This document shows, in pieces, positions 50,389-60,718 of a stretch of DNA of 64,000 nt (positions within the stretch are counted from its first letter, which is position 1; every line of letters begins with the position of its first letter). Made by a program: the position numbers and the translations under genes. The stretch is taken from the NCBI GenBank assembly GCA_038523235.1, contig JBCBJQ010000002.1, positions 119,293-183,292 on the forward strand, given 5' to 3'. Source of the stretch: Cyanobacteria bacterium J06626_4. Lineage in GTDB: Bacteria > Cyanobacteriota > Cyanobacteriia > Phormidesmidales > Phormidesmidaceae. The notes beneath the pieces are model-generated. The model saw nothing but the letters and a program-made list of their open reading frames with translations. It was not told the origin of the DNA and made no database searches.

Positions 50389-51309
50389 ATGAGCACCACC
50401 CTCACTCCCAAACCCAAACTCTCTTTAGATAACCCTGAATTACGTCAGTGGAAGGCTGAGCTCAGTGACAGCAGCGCAACTGCAACGCCAGGCTTGTTTT
50501 CAGCCGCCTTTTTGCAAGAAACGATCGCCATGACGCGACGACTGTTTATTCAGCTACAGCGCCGCCCCTCGACGCTGGTGGCAGGCGTGATTCAGCCCGT
50601 GATGTGGTTGATTTTGTTTGGTGCCCTGTTTCAAAACGTGCCCCAAGGACTGTTTGGTGAAAGCCAAAATTATGGTCAGTTTTTAGGGGCGGGCATCATC
50701 GTGTTCACGGCCTTTGGCGGTGCCCTGAACGCCGGATTGCCGGTGATGTTCGATCGCGAGTTTGGCTTTCTCAATCGCTTTCTTGTCGCACCGCTAGCCT
50801 CGCGCTATTCCATCGTGGCCGCGTCAGCCGTGTTTATTGCCGCGATGAGCATGGTGCAAACTGCTGCCATTATTGCTCTCAGTGCAGTCTTAGGGGCGGG
50901 GTTGCCCGATCTGGCAGGGCTCGGGCTGGTCGTGTTAATTGTGCTGACGTTGGTGTTAGGGGTCACGGCTTTAAGCTTGGGGCTTTCCTTCGCGCTGCCC
51001 GGACATATTGAGCTAATTGCCGTCATTTTTGTTACCAATCTGCCGCTGCTGTTTTCGAGCACTGCGCTGGTACCCCTGTCCTTTATGCCGCAGTGGCTGC
51101 GAGTCGTGGCGAGCTTAAATCCACTCACTTATGCGATCGAGCCGATTCGGTACATCTATTTGCACCCCGGCTGTTGGGGGTTAACCAGTGTGGTGATGGC
51201 AGCGCCTTGGGGCGACGTCAAAATGGGGGATGCGCTAGCGATACTGCTAGGATTTTGTATGATTTCTCTGGCACTTATTCAACCGCTGCTGCGTCGTCGT
51301 ATTGCATAG
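50389..51309 (+). CDS. ABC-2 exporter permease
   Basis: FDREFGFLNRFLVAP and LNPLTYAIE; 6 TM segments. Confidence 0.93.
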   Translation: MSTTLTPKPKLSLDNPELRQWKAELSDSSATATPGLFSAAFLQETIAMTRRLFIQLQRRPSTLVAGVIQPVMWLILFGALFQNVPQGLFGESQNYGQFLGAGIIVFTAFGGALNAGLPVMFDREFGFLNRFLVAPLASRYSIVAASAVFIAAMSMVQTAAIIALSAVLGAGLPDLAGLGLVVLIVLTLVLGVTALSLGLSFALPGHIELIAVIFVTNLPLLFSSTALVPLSFMPQWLRVVASLNPLTYAIEPIRYIYLHPGCWGLTSVVMAAPWGDVKMGDALAILLGFCMISLALIQPLLRRRIA

Positions 51310-51398
51310 AGAGCACGAGCCGCATTCAGAATTCTCTGTTAGAGTAGGGCGTATATTGCGCCAGTTATCGTAGTGGTGTAATTAGGAGTTTACCCGTC

Positions 51399-51740
51399 AT
51401 GCACATGATGAAAAAATCTCTCTCTTGGCTATTGGTTGGGGCGTTTGCCAGCATCGGTGTGGTGGTTATGACTCCCGCTGCGATCGCCCAGTCGGCTGAC
51501 GCTGATCTCTTTGGTACAGATGATGATGGTGCTGATCAGTTCGGCGACTCGGCAAGTCCTTATGAGCTGATTCACCGGGCCATTTTGGCACCGACGATGA
51601 GTTCTGAAGAATTTCAAGAGCAGCAAAATCGAGCGATCACTACCGAAGCGCAAGACTTCAGACAGCGCCAGCAAGAAGCCCTCCGCCAGCAACCGGCTTT
51701 AACCGTGGAGGATATCTCCGTCGACGGCGAAGAGCTGTAG
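51399..51740 (+). CDS. Secreted hypothetical protein
   Basis: Signal peptide (AIA-Q), SD AGGAG, and a YELIHRA motif. Confidence 0.75.
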   Translation: MHMMKKSLSWLLVGAFASIGVVVMTPAAIAQSADADLFGTDDDGADQFGDSASPYELIHRAILAPTMSSEEFQEQQNRAITTEAQDFRQRQQEALRQQPALTVEDISVDGEEL

Positions 51741-51777
51741 GCCAGCCCCCACGAATTAGTTCATTAGCCCCTCATTC

Positions 51778-51814
51778 AAAAAGCGCTCTTACGGTTAAAG
51801 TACGAGCGCTTTTT
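51778..51814. terminator. Bidirectional intrinsic terminator
   Basis: AAAAAGCGCTC / GAGCGCTTTTT. Confidence 0.8.
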
Positions 51815-52083
51815 AGAGTTGATTATATTAAGGCCAGTTCGGATTAAGCCCCCCCCCGTTTCTTTCCCCTCTCTAGGAAGGGGCTAATGGGGTAGGTTGA
51901 ACCACTCTCAGCGGAGTGATCAGTGTGCCTGATGCCCTTATCCTGTTTGTCCAGAGGATGGACTCCTCTCACTGAACTTATGGAAGATGCGCGCGTTCGC
52001 CAAGACCGAGCTAACCGAAGCGGGGCGATCGCAAACGGCCTTCACCCCAACATGTATCTCCACTGGTTTCGCATCCTCAACAC

Positions 52084-53535
52084 TTATGAAACCGAGGGTT
52101 GCTCTTCTGACGATTGAGCTGAGGCAAGTTCGACTGCTTCGGTCGGTGGGGCAGCGTCAGAATCTTTGAACACAATGCGCAATAGCGGTGGTGCGACGAA
52201 CGTCGTCAAAATCACCATGACGATAATCGCGGCCTCCAGCGATTCTGAGAGCGCTCCACTGGCGGAACCCACACCGGCAAAAACCAGACCAACCTCACCC
52301 CGAGGAATCATGCCCACGCCAATGGCAAGCTTGTTGATGCCGTCTTGCCCAAAGACCGCAAAGCCGGTGACCACCTTACCGATGATCGCCACGACGACGA
52401 GGAATGAGGCAATGATTAAGCCCTCGCGATTAGCCGGATCAAGCGGATTGAGAACGCTAACATCGGTGCGCGCGCCCACCGTCACAAAGAAAATCGGCAC
52501 CAGCATGTCAGAAATCGGAATAATCTGCTCTTCCAATTCTTTGTGCTTGGGCGTTTCGGCCAAAATCAGCCCAGCGGCAAAAGCGCCCAAAATCGCCTCT
52601 AGCTGAATGGTGGCGGCGATATAAGACAGCACAAAGGCAAAAATCAGCGAGCTGATGATCAGTTCGCCTCGTGTCTTCATTTGATTGACCAAGCCGACGA
52701 AGACCGGGCTGAGCAATCGCCCAATAAAGATCGCTCCGATCAAAAACGCGGCGGCGCTGACGATGAGAATGACGACATTTTGAATCTCGATTTCTCCCGT
52801 TTTGGCAAGGCTAGCCACCACAGCTAAAACGATAATGCCGAGGACGTCGTCTAATACTGCCGCCCCGATGATGATCTGCCCTTCGCGCGAGCTGAGTCTT
52901 TGCAATTCGGCCAATACTTTGGCGGTAATCCCAATACTGGTGGCGGTCAGAGCGGCTCCGGCAAAGACGGCGGGAATCGTCGCAATATTGAAAAGCACGA
53001 TCAGGCCGGTGGTGCCCAAGGCAAAGGGCACTACCACCCCGATGATGGCAACGACAGCGGCCTGAGGGCCGACCCGAATCAACTCCTTGAGATCAGACTC
53101 CAGGCCGATTTCAAAGAGCAGAATGATGACGCCCAGCTCAGCCAGAATTGAGACGACTTCACTTTCACCGCGAAAAACGGACAGCAGCCCGGCCCCATCC
53201 ATGTCGGTCGTGGTGGAGACTAACTGCATGAGGACTGAGCCCGTTTCGCCTGCCCCTTCGGGAAAGACGATCAGATGCAGGGCGGAAACCCCGACGACAA
53301 CGCCGCCGAGCAGTTCACCCAAAACCGGGGGTAAGTTGACCCGCGCACAGAGTTCGCCGCCAATTTTGGCCGCTAGGTAAACCGTAATCAGACTCAACAA
53401 GACGCCAGCTAAGACTAGCGGTTCGATCTCGGCCTCTGAAGCTTCGGCCAAGATGGTCAGCCAACTAACATCTCCATAGAGGGGCATTGCAGTCAGGCTA
53501 CCGATGGAACTAAGGCAGAAAAGTGCATTCACCAT
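52084..53535 (-). CDS. Cation:proton antiporter (CPA2, NhaS3-like)
   Basis: PPVLGEL, LFEIGLESD, ATSIGIT, AAVLDD and GMIPRGEVGL. Confidence 0.92.
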   Translation of the reverse strand: MVNALFCLSSIGSLTAMPLYGDVSWLTILAEASEAEIEPLVLAGVLLSLITVYLAAKIGGELCARVNLPPVLGELLGGVVVGVSALHLIVFPEGAGETGSVLMQLVSTTTDMDGAGLLSVFRGESEVVSILAELGVIILLFEIGLESDLKELIRVGPQAAVVAIIGVVVPFALGTTGLIVLFNIATIPAVFAGAALTATSIGITAKVLAELQRLSSREGQIIIGAAVLDDVLGIIVLAVVASLAKTGEIEIQNVVILIVSAAAFLIGAIFIGRLLSPVFVGLVNQMKTRGELIISSLIFAFVLSYIAATIQLEAILGAFAAGLILAETPKHKELEEQIIPISDMLVPIFFVTVGARTDVSVLNPLDPANREGLIIASFLVVVAIIGKVVTGFAVFGQDGINKLAIGVGMIPRGEVGLVFAGVGSASGALSESLEAAIIVMVILTTFVAPPLLRIVFKDSDAAPPTEAVELASAQSSEEQPSVS

Positions 53536-53728
53536 TCAGGCTGAAAAAACGCATCTTGTCTACCTTACATGAGTTCAGGTTTTCGCCAATGTTCAAACCG
53601 ATCAACTTATCGGTTTATTTAGCGATCGCCAGATAAATCTTGAGACCGCCGGGCGGTTTCGATGCTCCAGATGCCCCCGCTGAGGTCACCCCATGCTGGG
53701 ACTCAATTCTCAGTGGGAGCGGTTGAGG

Positions 53729-54541
53729 TTAGATAAAGACGCGATGCTGCAGGGCGGGCATCTGTTGCCGCACCTGCGATAGGCGAGCGGGGTTGATTTC
53801 GGCGATCGCCACCCCCACATCGGTGCCCACATCGTCTAACACCATGCCCCAGGGATCAATGATCATGGCGTGCCCATGGGACTGGCGACGACTGTTGTGA
53901 AACCCGGTCTGAGCGGGGGCAATGACGTAACAGGTATTTTCGATCGCGCGCGCCTGCAGCAGCACCTGCCAGTGATCTTTACCCGTAAACGCGGTGAAAG
54001 CCGCCGGAATCATCAGCACCTCGGCCCCCATCTGCGAAAGATGGCGATAAAGCTCGGGAAAGCGCACGTCGTAGCAAACTGAGAGGGCTAAGTTGCCCAG
54101 TTGTTTAGAGGGATGCACCGCCGGTAAATCTTGACCCGAAATCACCGTATTGGATTCGCGGTAAGTATTGCCATCGGGAACATTCACATCAAATAGATGA
54201 ACTTTTTCGTAACGGGCGAGTTCACTGCCATCGGAGCCCACCAGCAGTGCCGTGTTAAAAAATTTGCCGTCGGTACCGGGCACCGGATAGCCGCCGCCCA
54301 GCAGCGTAATCTGGTGCCGTTGGGCCATTTTTTTGAGAAACTGTTCGCTGGCGTCGCAAATTTCTTGAGCCCGCGCCTGCTTGGTGCCCTCTTCGCCTAA
54401 GAACGAAAAATTCTCTGGGAGTGTCACGAGTTCTGCCCCGCGTCGCACTGCCAGGTCAATTAAGTCTTCAGCTTGGGCCAGATTTTTCTCCAAATCTGGC
54501 ACGCTGGTCATTTGTAAAGCTGCGGCCAGGTAAGACTTCAT
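53729..54541 (-). CDS. Carbon-nitrogen hydrolase (Nit1/deaminated glutathione amidase-like)
   Basis: LPENF, YEKVHLFD, VCYDVRFPE and ARAIEN. ATG at 54541. Confidence 0.92.
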   Translation of the reverse strand: MKSYLAAALQMTSVPDLEKNLAQAEDLIDLAVRRGAELVTLPENFSFLGEEGTKQARAQEICDASEQFLKKMAQRHQITLLGGGYPVPGTDGKFFNTALLVGSDGSELARYEKVHLFDVNVPDGNTYRESNTVISGQDLPAVHPSKQLGNLALSVCYDVRFPELYRHLSQMGAEVLMIPAAFTAFTGKDHWQVLLQARAIENTCYVIAPAQTGFHNSRRQSHGHAMIIDPWGMVLDDVGTDVGVAIAEINPARLSQVRQQMPALQHRVFI

Positions 54542-54759
54542 GCGCGATCGCCAATGATAAAGTTCGAAATTCAATTTTACGCGGATTTGTGTCGGGCTTA
54601 CAGGATTCGCCCAGGGCTGGCCGTTTTTAGGGGTTTTCGCGGAGAGGGCAGCGATCAGCTCGGTTATCGACAGCATCGATAACGGTTGCGGTCAACATCA
54701 GTGTTGGTGCTACGAGTTGGGCTGATAGCTTAACCACAGATTGACCACGTTTTTGAGGG

Positions 54760-56112
54760 ATGGATGGCGCGATGGATATTGCGATCGCCCTAGCGGTTTC
54801 ATTTGCAGGCCTCTTGCTCTCGGTGCAGCAAGGCTGGCCGCTTTTAGTGCCCTTGGTGGGTGCTCTGAGCCTGATCGCTGGGGTCTATCGGCGACGAGGT
54901 ATCCCCTATCCGCAGTTGGCGCAGCATATGCAGCAAGGGGTGCGGCAATCGTGGGGGGTGCTCAGCATTTTGTTACTGATTGGGGTGGTGGTGGCCGGTT
55001 GGCTGATCGCTGGCACCGTGCCAGCGTTGGTGTACTACGGCTTGAAAATCATTCACCCACAGTGGTTTTTGGTGTCGGCCTTTGTGCTGACGGGGACGCT
55101 CTCGGCACTGCTGGGCACCTCGTTTGGCAGTGCAGGCACGATGGGGCTGGCGCTGATGATTATGGCGCGCGGGGCCGATTTCCCTGAGGGCTGGGCAGCA
55201 GGTGCGGTAATCGCTGGAGCCTACGTGGGCGATCGCTGTTCCCCCATGTCGTCGAGTGCTCACCTGGTCGCGGCGATTACGGCCACCAATATCTATCGCA
55301 ATTTACAGCGCATGATCGCAACTAACTGGGGGCCGTTGGGCTTATCTCTATTGATCTATGGCATTGCGTCGCTGCAACATCCGCTGACGGGCACCGATAA
55401 TCCGTTATTGGCAAGCATTCCCACCCAATTTTCGGTGCATCCCCTGACCCTCTTACCCGCCGGTCTACTGGTGGTGCTCACCCTATGCCGGTGGCCGGTG
55501 CGACGCACTTTGGCCGTGAGCCTGGCCAGCGCGATCGCGCTGGCGCTCACCTTGCAATCGCAATCGGTGGGGACGGTAGCCCAAACCTTGCTGTGGGGGC
55601 TGCAGTTGCCCCCAGATGAGGCCCTCAGCACCATTTTCAAGGGCGGTGGCCTGTGGACGATGAGCAAAGTTTGTAGCATCGTGTTGGTTTCTAGCGCTCT
55701 CGCGGGACTGCTCTCAGCCCTGGGTACCTTCGACCGGGTCGGGCGCTGGCTGGCCCAATGGTCAGGGCAGCGCGGTCGCTTTGGCGGGACGATCGCAGCC
55801 AGTCTGCTCACCAGCGCCTTTGGCTGCACCCAAACCATTGCAATTTTGCTGACGCAGAAGATTGCTCAACCGCAGTACACGGCACAGCAGGTCAGTCAGG
55901 AACAGCTGGCGGTGGATATCGAAAATTCGGCGGTGGTAATTGCGCCCCTAATTCCCTGGAACATCGCGGGACTGGTACCGGCCACCATCATTCTCAGTGA
56001 CAGCAGCTTCGTACCCTATGCGGTGTATCTCTATCTATTGCCATTGTGGAACTGGCTGTTTTATCGCGTTGACTGCAAGCCGTTGTGGCGACGTTGGTTT
56101 CCGGTGAACTGA
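54760..56112 (+). CDS. NhaC-family Na+/H+ antiporter-like transporter
   Basis: GTSFGSAGT, GAYVGDRCSPMSSS and LIPWN. Confidence 0.85.
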   Translation: MDGAMDIAIALAVSFAGLLLSVQQGWPLLVPLVGALSLIAGVYRRRGIPYPQLAQHMQQGVRQSWGVLSILLLIGVVVAGWLIAGTVPALVYYGLKIIHPQWFLVSAFVLTGTLSALLGTSFGSAGTMGLALMIMARGADFPEGWAAGAVIAGAYVGDRCSPMSSSAHLVAAITATNIYRNLQRMIATNWGPLGLSLLIYGIASLQHPLTGTDNPLLASIPTQFSVHPLTLLPAGLLVVLTLCRWPVRRTLAVSLASAIALALTLQSQSVGTVAQTLLWGLQLPPDEALSTIFKGGGLWTMSKVCSIVLVSSALAGLLSALGTFDRVGRWLAQWSGQRGRFGGTIAASLLTSAFGCTQTIAILLTQKIAQPQYTAQQVSQEQLAVDIENSAVVIAPLIPWNIAGLVPATIILSDSSFVPYAVYLYLLPLWNWLFYRVDCKPLWRRWFPVN

Positions 56113-56208
56113 TGGGGAGTGGAGGGTAGGGGGTGGAGAGTGGAGCGTTCAGAGTTTTAAAATTCTGCCTTTTGAATCCTGCCAAAGGTAGAACACGGCT
56201 ATTTCATT

Positions 56209-58563
56209 TCATCGCCGCCGCGATCGCGAGTTGAATTTGGCCTGCAGGTCTTGCAGCGTTGGGTTGGCAGGGGCGTCTTGAGGACGGGGCTGAGTCTGGG
56301 GTTTGGCCGATCTGGCTCGCTGGGGTTTCGGTGTTTTAGAAGGCTGAGATTTAGCAGCTTTGGCCGGTCGGGGGTGAGAAGAGGCGGATGACGAATCCGG
56401 CGATCGCATTGACAGGCTGACGCGCTTCAGCTTTTCATCCACTTCGAGAACGCGGACGGTCACGACCTGACCGACTTTGACGATGTCTTTAGGGTCTTTG
56501 ACGAAGCGATCGGCCAGTTGAGAAACATGGACGAGGCCGTCTTGGTGGACGCCAATATCGACAAACGCGCCGAAGTTGGCGACGTTGGTGACCACGCCCT
56601 CTAGCATCATCTCGGGGGCCAAATCTGCCAGGGTTTGAATATCATCGCGAAATTTCGCCGTGACGAATTGCGATCGCGGGTCTCGTCCAGGCTTCTCTAG
56701 TTCCTCTAGAATGTCGCGCAGGGTCGGTTCACCCACGGCGGCGGTGGCGTAGCGCTTGAGGTCGATGGACTGCAGCGATTGCGTTTGCAGTTGCTGAGCG
56801 TCGGCTTTGAGGGCCGTCACATCGAGCCCCAAATCCTGCAAGATTGTGCCCACAATGCCATAGCTTTCCGGGTGGACGGCGGTGTTGTCGAGGGGATTTT
56901 CGCCGGCGCGAATGCGCAAAAAGCCTGCTGCCTGTTCAAAGGCTTTGGGGCCGAGTTTGGGCACTTTGAGCAGCGCCTTGCGATTGCGAAACGCGCCGTG
57001 GGCATCGCGATAGGCCACGATGTTGTTCGCCACCGTCGCCGTAATGCCCGAAACGTAGGTCAATAGTTCCGACGAGGCGGTGTTGAGGTCAACACCGACA
57101 TAGTTCACGCAGCTTTCAACCGTTTCTTCTAGCTTTTGTTTGAGCTGCTTCTGGTCGACATCGTGCTGATATTGGCCCACGCCGATGGATTTTGGATCGA
57201 TTTTTACCAGCTCCGCCAGGGGATCTTGCAGGCGGCGGCCAATGCTGATCGCCCCTCGCACGGTGACGTCCAGCTCCGGAAACTCCGCGATCGCGACGGG
57301 ACTGGCGGAATACACCGAGGCCCCGGCTTCGTTCACCATCACCTTGGTGGGCGGCTGCGGCAGGGACTGCAGCACCTCACCGACAAAGGCATCCGTCTCC
57401 CGACCGGCGGTGCCATTGCCAATGGCAATCAGCGCCACCTGATATTGCTGAATCAGCTGTTTGAGCGCTTGAGCGGCCTGCTCGCGTCGCCCTTGGCCCT
57501 GATGCGGAAAAATTGCTTCATAGTGCAAGAACCGGCCCGTTTGATCCACCACTGCGACCTTGCAGCCGGTGCGAAAGCCCGGATCGATCGCCAGCGTCGG
57601 TTTCATGCCAGCGGGGGGAGCCAGCAGCAGATCGCGCAGGTTGGTCTCAAAGGTGTGAATCGATTCGCCATCGGCCCAGGCTTTTTTCTCGGCAATGACG
57701 GCGTTGATGAGGGAGGGTTTCATCAATCGCGTAAAGGCATCCTCGATCAGGTCGCGATAGAACGCCCTCAAATCAGTGTGGCGGGTATGGACGACTTGGG
57801 CCTCGATATGGCGCAGCACTTCCTCCCCATCAAAGGCCAACTCTAAGCTGACAATGTCTTCTCGCTGTCCGCGCAATAGCGCCAAAAGATTGTGGGGTGC
57901 GACCTTGCTCACTGCGACTTCGTAAGCGCGATACAGCTCAAACTTGGTGCTGCCTGCCGGAATCTTCGGATCAATCTGCGCCCGAAACTGGCCCGCTTTG
58001 AGGAAATAACTGCGTACCCAGGCCCGCAGTTCAGCCTGCTCGGCCACGGCCTCGGCCAAAATGTCAGCGGCTCCTTTAAGCGCCTCCTCTACCGTCTCGA
58101 CACCCTGCTCTGGCTGCACGAAATCGCTGGCGGCTTGAGTCAGGTTTAGCGGTGGCCGCTGCGGTTGATTGTGTTCGGCAATTAGAGTGGCGAGCGGCTC
58201 CAGCCCCTTTTCCCGAGCAATTGTGGCGCGGGTGCGACGCCGGGGCCGGTAGGGCAAATAGAGGTCTTCGAGATCCGTTTTTTTGTCGCAGGCAGTAATC
58301 TTGGCCTGCAGCTCGGGCGTCAACTTGCCCTGGTCGGTGATGGATTGCAGAATGACGGCTTTACGATCGCCCAGCTCGGTCAGATAGAGCGATCGCTCCT
58401 GCAGCGATCGCAGCTGCACTTCGTCCATGCCACCAGTCCGCTCTTTGCGATAGCGCGCAATAAAGGGCACCGTTGCGCCCTCTTGCAACAGCGTCAGCGC
58501 TGCCGTGACATCACGCGGCGAGAGAGACAGTTCCTGGGCGAGTACTTGGGTCAGGTCAGTCAT
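56209..58563 (-). CDS. tex: Tex-family RNA-binding transcriptional accessory protein
   Basis: GATVPFIARYRKE, DPGFRTGCK, RRLQDPLAELVK and an S1 domain. Confidence 0.95.
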   Translation of the reverse strand: MTDLTQVLAQELSLSPRDVTAALTLLQEGATVPFIARYRKERTGGMDEVQLRSLQERSLYLTELGDRKAVILQSITDQGKLTPELQAKITACDKKTDLEDLYLPYRPRRRTRATIAREKGLEPLATLIAEHNQPQRPPLNLTQAASDFVQPEQGVETVEEALKGAADILAEAVAEQAELRAWVRSYFLKAGQFRAQIDPKIPAGSTKFELYRAYEVAVSKVAPHNLLALLRGQREDIVSLELAFDGEEVLRHIEAQVVHTRHTDLRAFYRDLIEDAFTRLMKPSLINAVIAEKKAWADGESIHTFETNLRDLLLAPPAGMKPTLAIDPGFRTGCKVAVVDQTGRFLHYEAIFPHQGQGRREQAAQALKQLIQQYQVALIAIGNGTAGRETDAFVGEVLQSLPQPPTKVMVNEAGASVYSASPVAIAEFPELDVTVRGAISIGRRLQDPLAELVKIDPKSIGVGQYQHDVDQKQLKQKLEETVESCVNYVGVDLNTASSELLTYVSGITATVANNIVAYRDAHGAFRNRKALLKVPKLGPKAFEQAAGFLRIRAGENPLDNTAVHPESYGIVGTILQDLGLDVTALKADAQQLQTQSLQSIDLKRYATAAVGEPTLRDILEELEKPGRDPRSQFVTAKFRDDIQTLADLAPEMMLEGVVTNVANFGAFVDIGVHQDGLVHVSQLADRFVKDPKDIVKVGQVVTVRVLEVDEKLKRVSLSMRSPDSSSASSHPRPAKAAKSQPSKTPKPQRARSAKPQTQPRPQDAPANPTLQDLQAKFNSRSRRR

Positions 58564-58798
58564 GGCGATCGCGGCAATCAGTGGGTGAGGCTAGGGCAGC
58601 AGTCTAGCACTGCTGCCCGGTACGATGGGGCAAGCAATCCTATGGCCAATGGCACCATTCAAATGCTTGCAGTTGCCGGAAAAACACAGCGGCGAGACCG
58701 GAAAAACACAGTGGCGGGATATAGACAAACGCTATCTTCCAGGCACTGATGACCGACTCCTCATACATAACCCAAGGGTTCGCCATTGTGTTTTAAAG

Positions 58799-58911
58799 TT
58801 AGGTGGTTGTTATCAAATTCATGATCGGCTGAGGGTTTGACTCCGCTCACCCTTCAGATTGAGGCGTTGAGGGCTGAGCGAAGTCGGAGCTCGATTTTAC
58901 AAACTACCTAA
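58799..58911. mobile_element. MITE-like element with a degenerate REP-like hairpin
   Basis: TIRs TTAGGTGGTT / AACTACCTAA; internal TTTGACTCCGCTCA..TGAGCGAAGTCGGA. Confidence 0.6.
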
Positions 58912-59054
58912 CGGCACCAGCGACGGCTATACCGGTACATTTAAGGTGGATTGAGCTAGCAATCTTGATTTCATTGTTACGAGGCATCAACCAAATTCGT
59001 TTCTACGCGTATCGGGTTTGCTGAAAATCTCCTAAAACGGGTTCCACCTCGATA

Positions 59055-59435
59055 TTGGACACATCCGAAATGACACTTCCGGAATTCGTTAGCCGTGTGG
59101 TCGCGTTTGCCTATGTTGTCGCGAATCTGCTTGTGTTTGTGCTTGCAACAACGGCCTATCAGGACACGCGCAAACGCTGCTTCCTCATGCTCGCTATCTC
59201 TAGTGGGACGGGCGCAATATTGGCGATACTGCCTTGGATCCCGGTTCTTTGGTCATCTTGGACTTTCTGGGGATTATGGAATTTGATGTCGCTTTCAGAT
59301 TTGATCTTGTGGGTGATTGGTCTTCGACTTCTCGTAAATGAGTATGTAAAGATGGCAGCACGAATTGCCCAACAGCGCGCTGTGCTGAATGCCAATTTTG
59401 AGGCACCAGTTGATAATCCGAACACTTTCAACTGA
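59055..59435 (+). CDS. Hypothetical membrane protein (3 TM)
   Basis: Hydrophobic segments; no family recognised. Confidence 0.55.
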   Translation: MDTSEMTLPEFVSRVVAFAYVVANLLVFVLATTAYQDTRKRCFLMLAISSGTGAILAILPWIPVLWSSWTFWGLWNLMSLSDLILWVIGLRLLVNEYVKMAARIAQQRAVLNANFEAPVDNPNTFN

Positions 59436-59738
59436 TCCACGATCGGTGAGTTGGTTCGTTATGCGGCTTAAATCCTTGATGAAGTCACAGTTGCCGGACT
59501 ATTCGTTGAACTTCAGAATCATGTCAAATGCGACAAGCATCGCGCGCAGTTTCTGAATCCGTAGCCAGAGGATGTGATTAACTTCTGGCGATCGCCGCTA
59601 CACTTCATCGCCAGAAAACTGCGTTGGCGGGGACGGACGAGCAATATCCTTCCGGGCAGGGGCAGCGCAGCCTTCATTGCATCGTTACTGTACATCCCCA
59701 AAACCCGCCCCGCTGAGGATCTCTTGAATAGCAATTAG

Positions 59739-60500
59739 CTAAACCGGATCGACCTCGATCTCAATATCTGTCGGACTGCCCTGGGTAATCACCGGGTAGG
59801 CCGTGGTACTCGTCCCTCTCAGGTTATCGCCGTAAAAAATCTGAGCCCGCACACCATAGGAATGCTGGGGCTTAATCTCGGCTGGGTCATAGGTGAGGCT
59901 GAAGGGAATGGGCACCTGCTGTCCAGCGGTCTCAATGGTTTGCTCAGCAATCACCGTGGCGGGCACATCGGCTAGGCTCACATCTGCGAGGGTGACCACG
60001 ACGGTGGCGCTGGGCGGCAGGCCAATGCGTTGTCGATAGGTGACGGTACCGGTCACCATCGCGGTCAACGACTCTTCACAGGCCATGCCCAAGGCCCCAA
60101 TCAGCCAAGAGGCCGGACGAGGTTCGAGGGCGCTGGAGCCGTCGATCACGTTTTGCCAGCCGTAACCTTCGGAATCGTACTGCTCCATGTTGGTTTTCAT
60201 CGCTTCGAGATCGCGGATGATGGAGGGGCGATCTCTGTCGAGCAACGTCAGCAGCTCATCCGTGTCGGCAGCTCTGGGCATCGACTGCACCAACCCGCAA
60301 ACTTCAGCCCGACTGGGCATGGGGCTGTCGGTTGAGGGCATCTCCTCGGCGACTAGCGGCTGGCTTGGCAGCGAGAGTAGCGCCAAAGTGGTGGCGATCG
60401 CCAGCCCGATCACGAACATTCCAAGTTTTTTCACCATCATCCATATATCCTCGGCATCAATTGGGGGGAAGCTCACCCAAGATGGCAGCAACCAGCACAT
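59739..60500 (-). CDS. Secreted protein with a C-terminal YbaY-like domain
   Basis: VTGTVTYRQRIGLPP..V.LADVSLAD..QVPIPF.L.YDP. The true start is probably a Met near 60440. Confidence 0.82.
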   Translation of the reverse strand: MCWLLPSWVSFPPIDAEDIWMMVKKLGMFVIGLAIATTLALLSLPSQPLVAEEMPSTDSPMPSRAEVCGLVQSMPRAADTDELLTLLDRDRPSIIRDLEAMKTNMEQYDSEGYGWQNVIDGSSALEPRPASWLIGALGMACEESLTAMVTGTVTYRQRIGLPPSATVVVTLADVSLADVPATVIAEQTIETAGQQVPIPFSLTYDPAEIKPQHSYGVRAQIFYGDNLRGTSTTAYPVITQGSPTDIEIEVDPV

Positions 60501-60522
60501 TGTCGCCTGTTGCTGTCGCTGC

Positions 60523-60572
60523 TCTGACGCTGTTTAGTTTCACTTAATCTGACGCTGTTTAGTTTCACTTAA
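60523..60572. repeat. Exact 25-bp tandem duplication
   Basis: TCTGACGCTGTTTAGTTTCACTTAA x2. Confidence 0.95.
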
Positions 60573-60667
60573 GGTGAGTGATGGCTAATGGCGAAGATCG
60601 CCGCAATGCCTGAAACATGGTTAATGTCGCGGCTGCGGATATGCCGATGAGGCGTCGTACAGCGCAT

Positions 60668-60703
60668 AAAAAACGCCCCCAACCTAAGCTGGGAGCATTT
60701 TTT
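60668..60703 (-). terminator. Intrinsic terminator of the PEP-CTERM gene
   Basis: Minus strand ATGCTCCCAGC / GTTGGGGGCGT stem followed by a T-tract. Confidence 0.7.
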
Positions 60704-60718
60704 GCCGAACGATATGTC

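Noticed and set aside
57136..57846. 236-aa + strand ORF
   Set aside because: Antisense shadow of tex.
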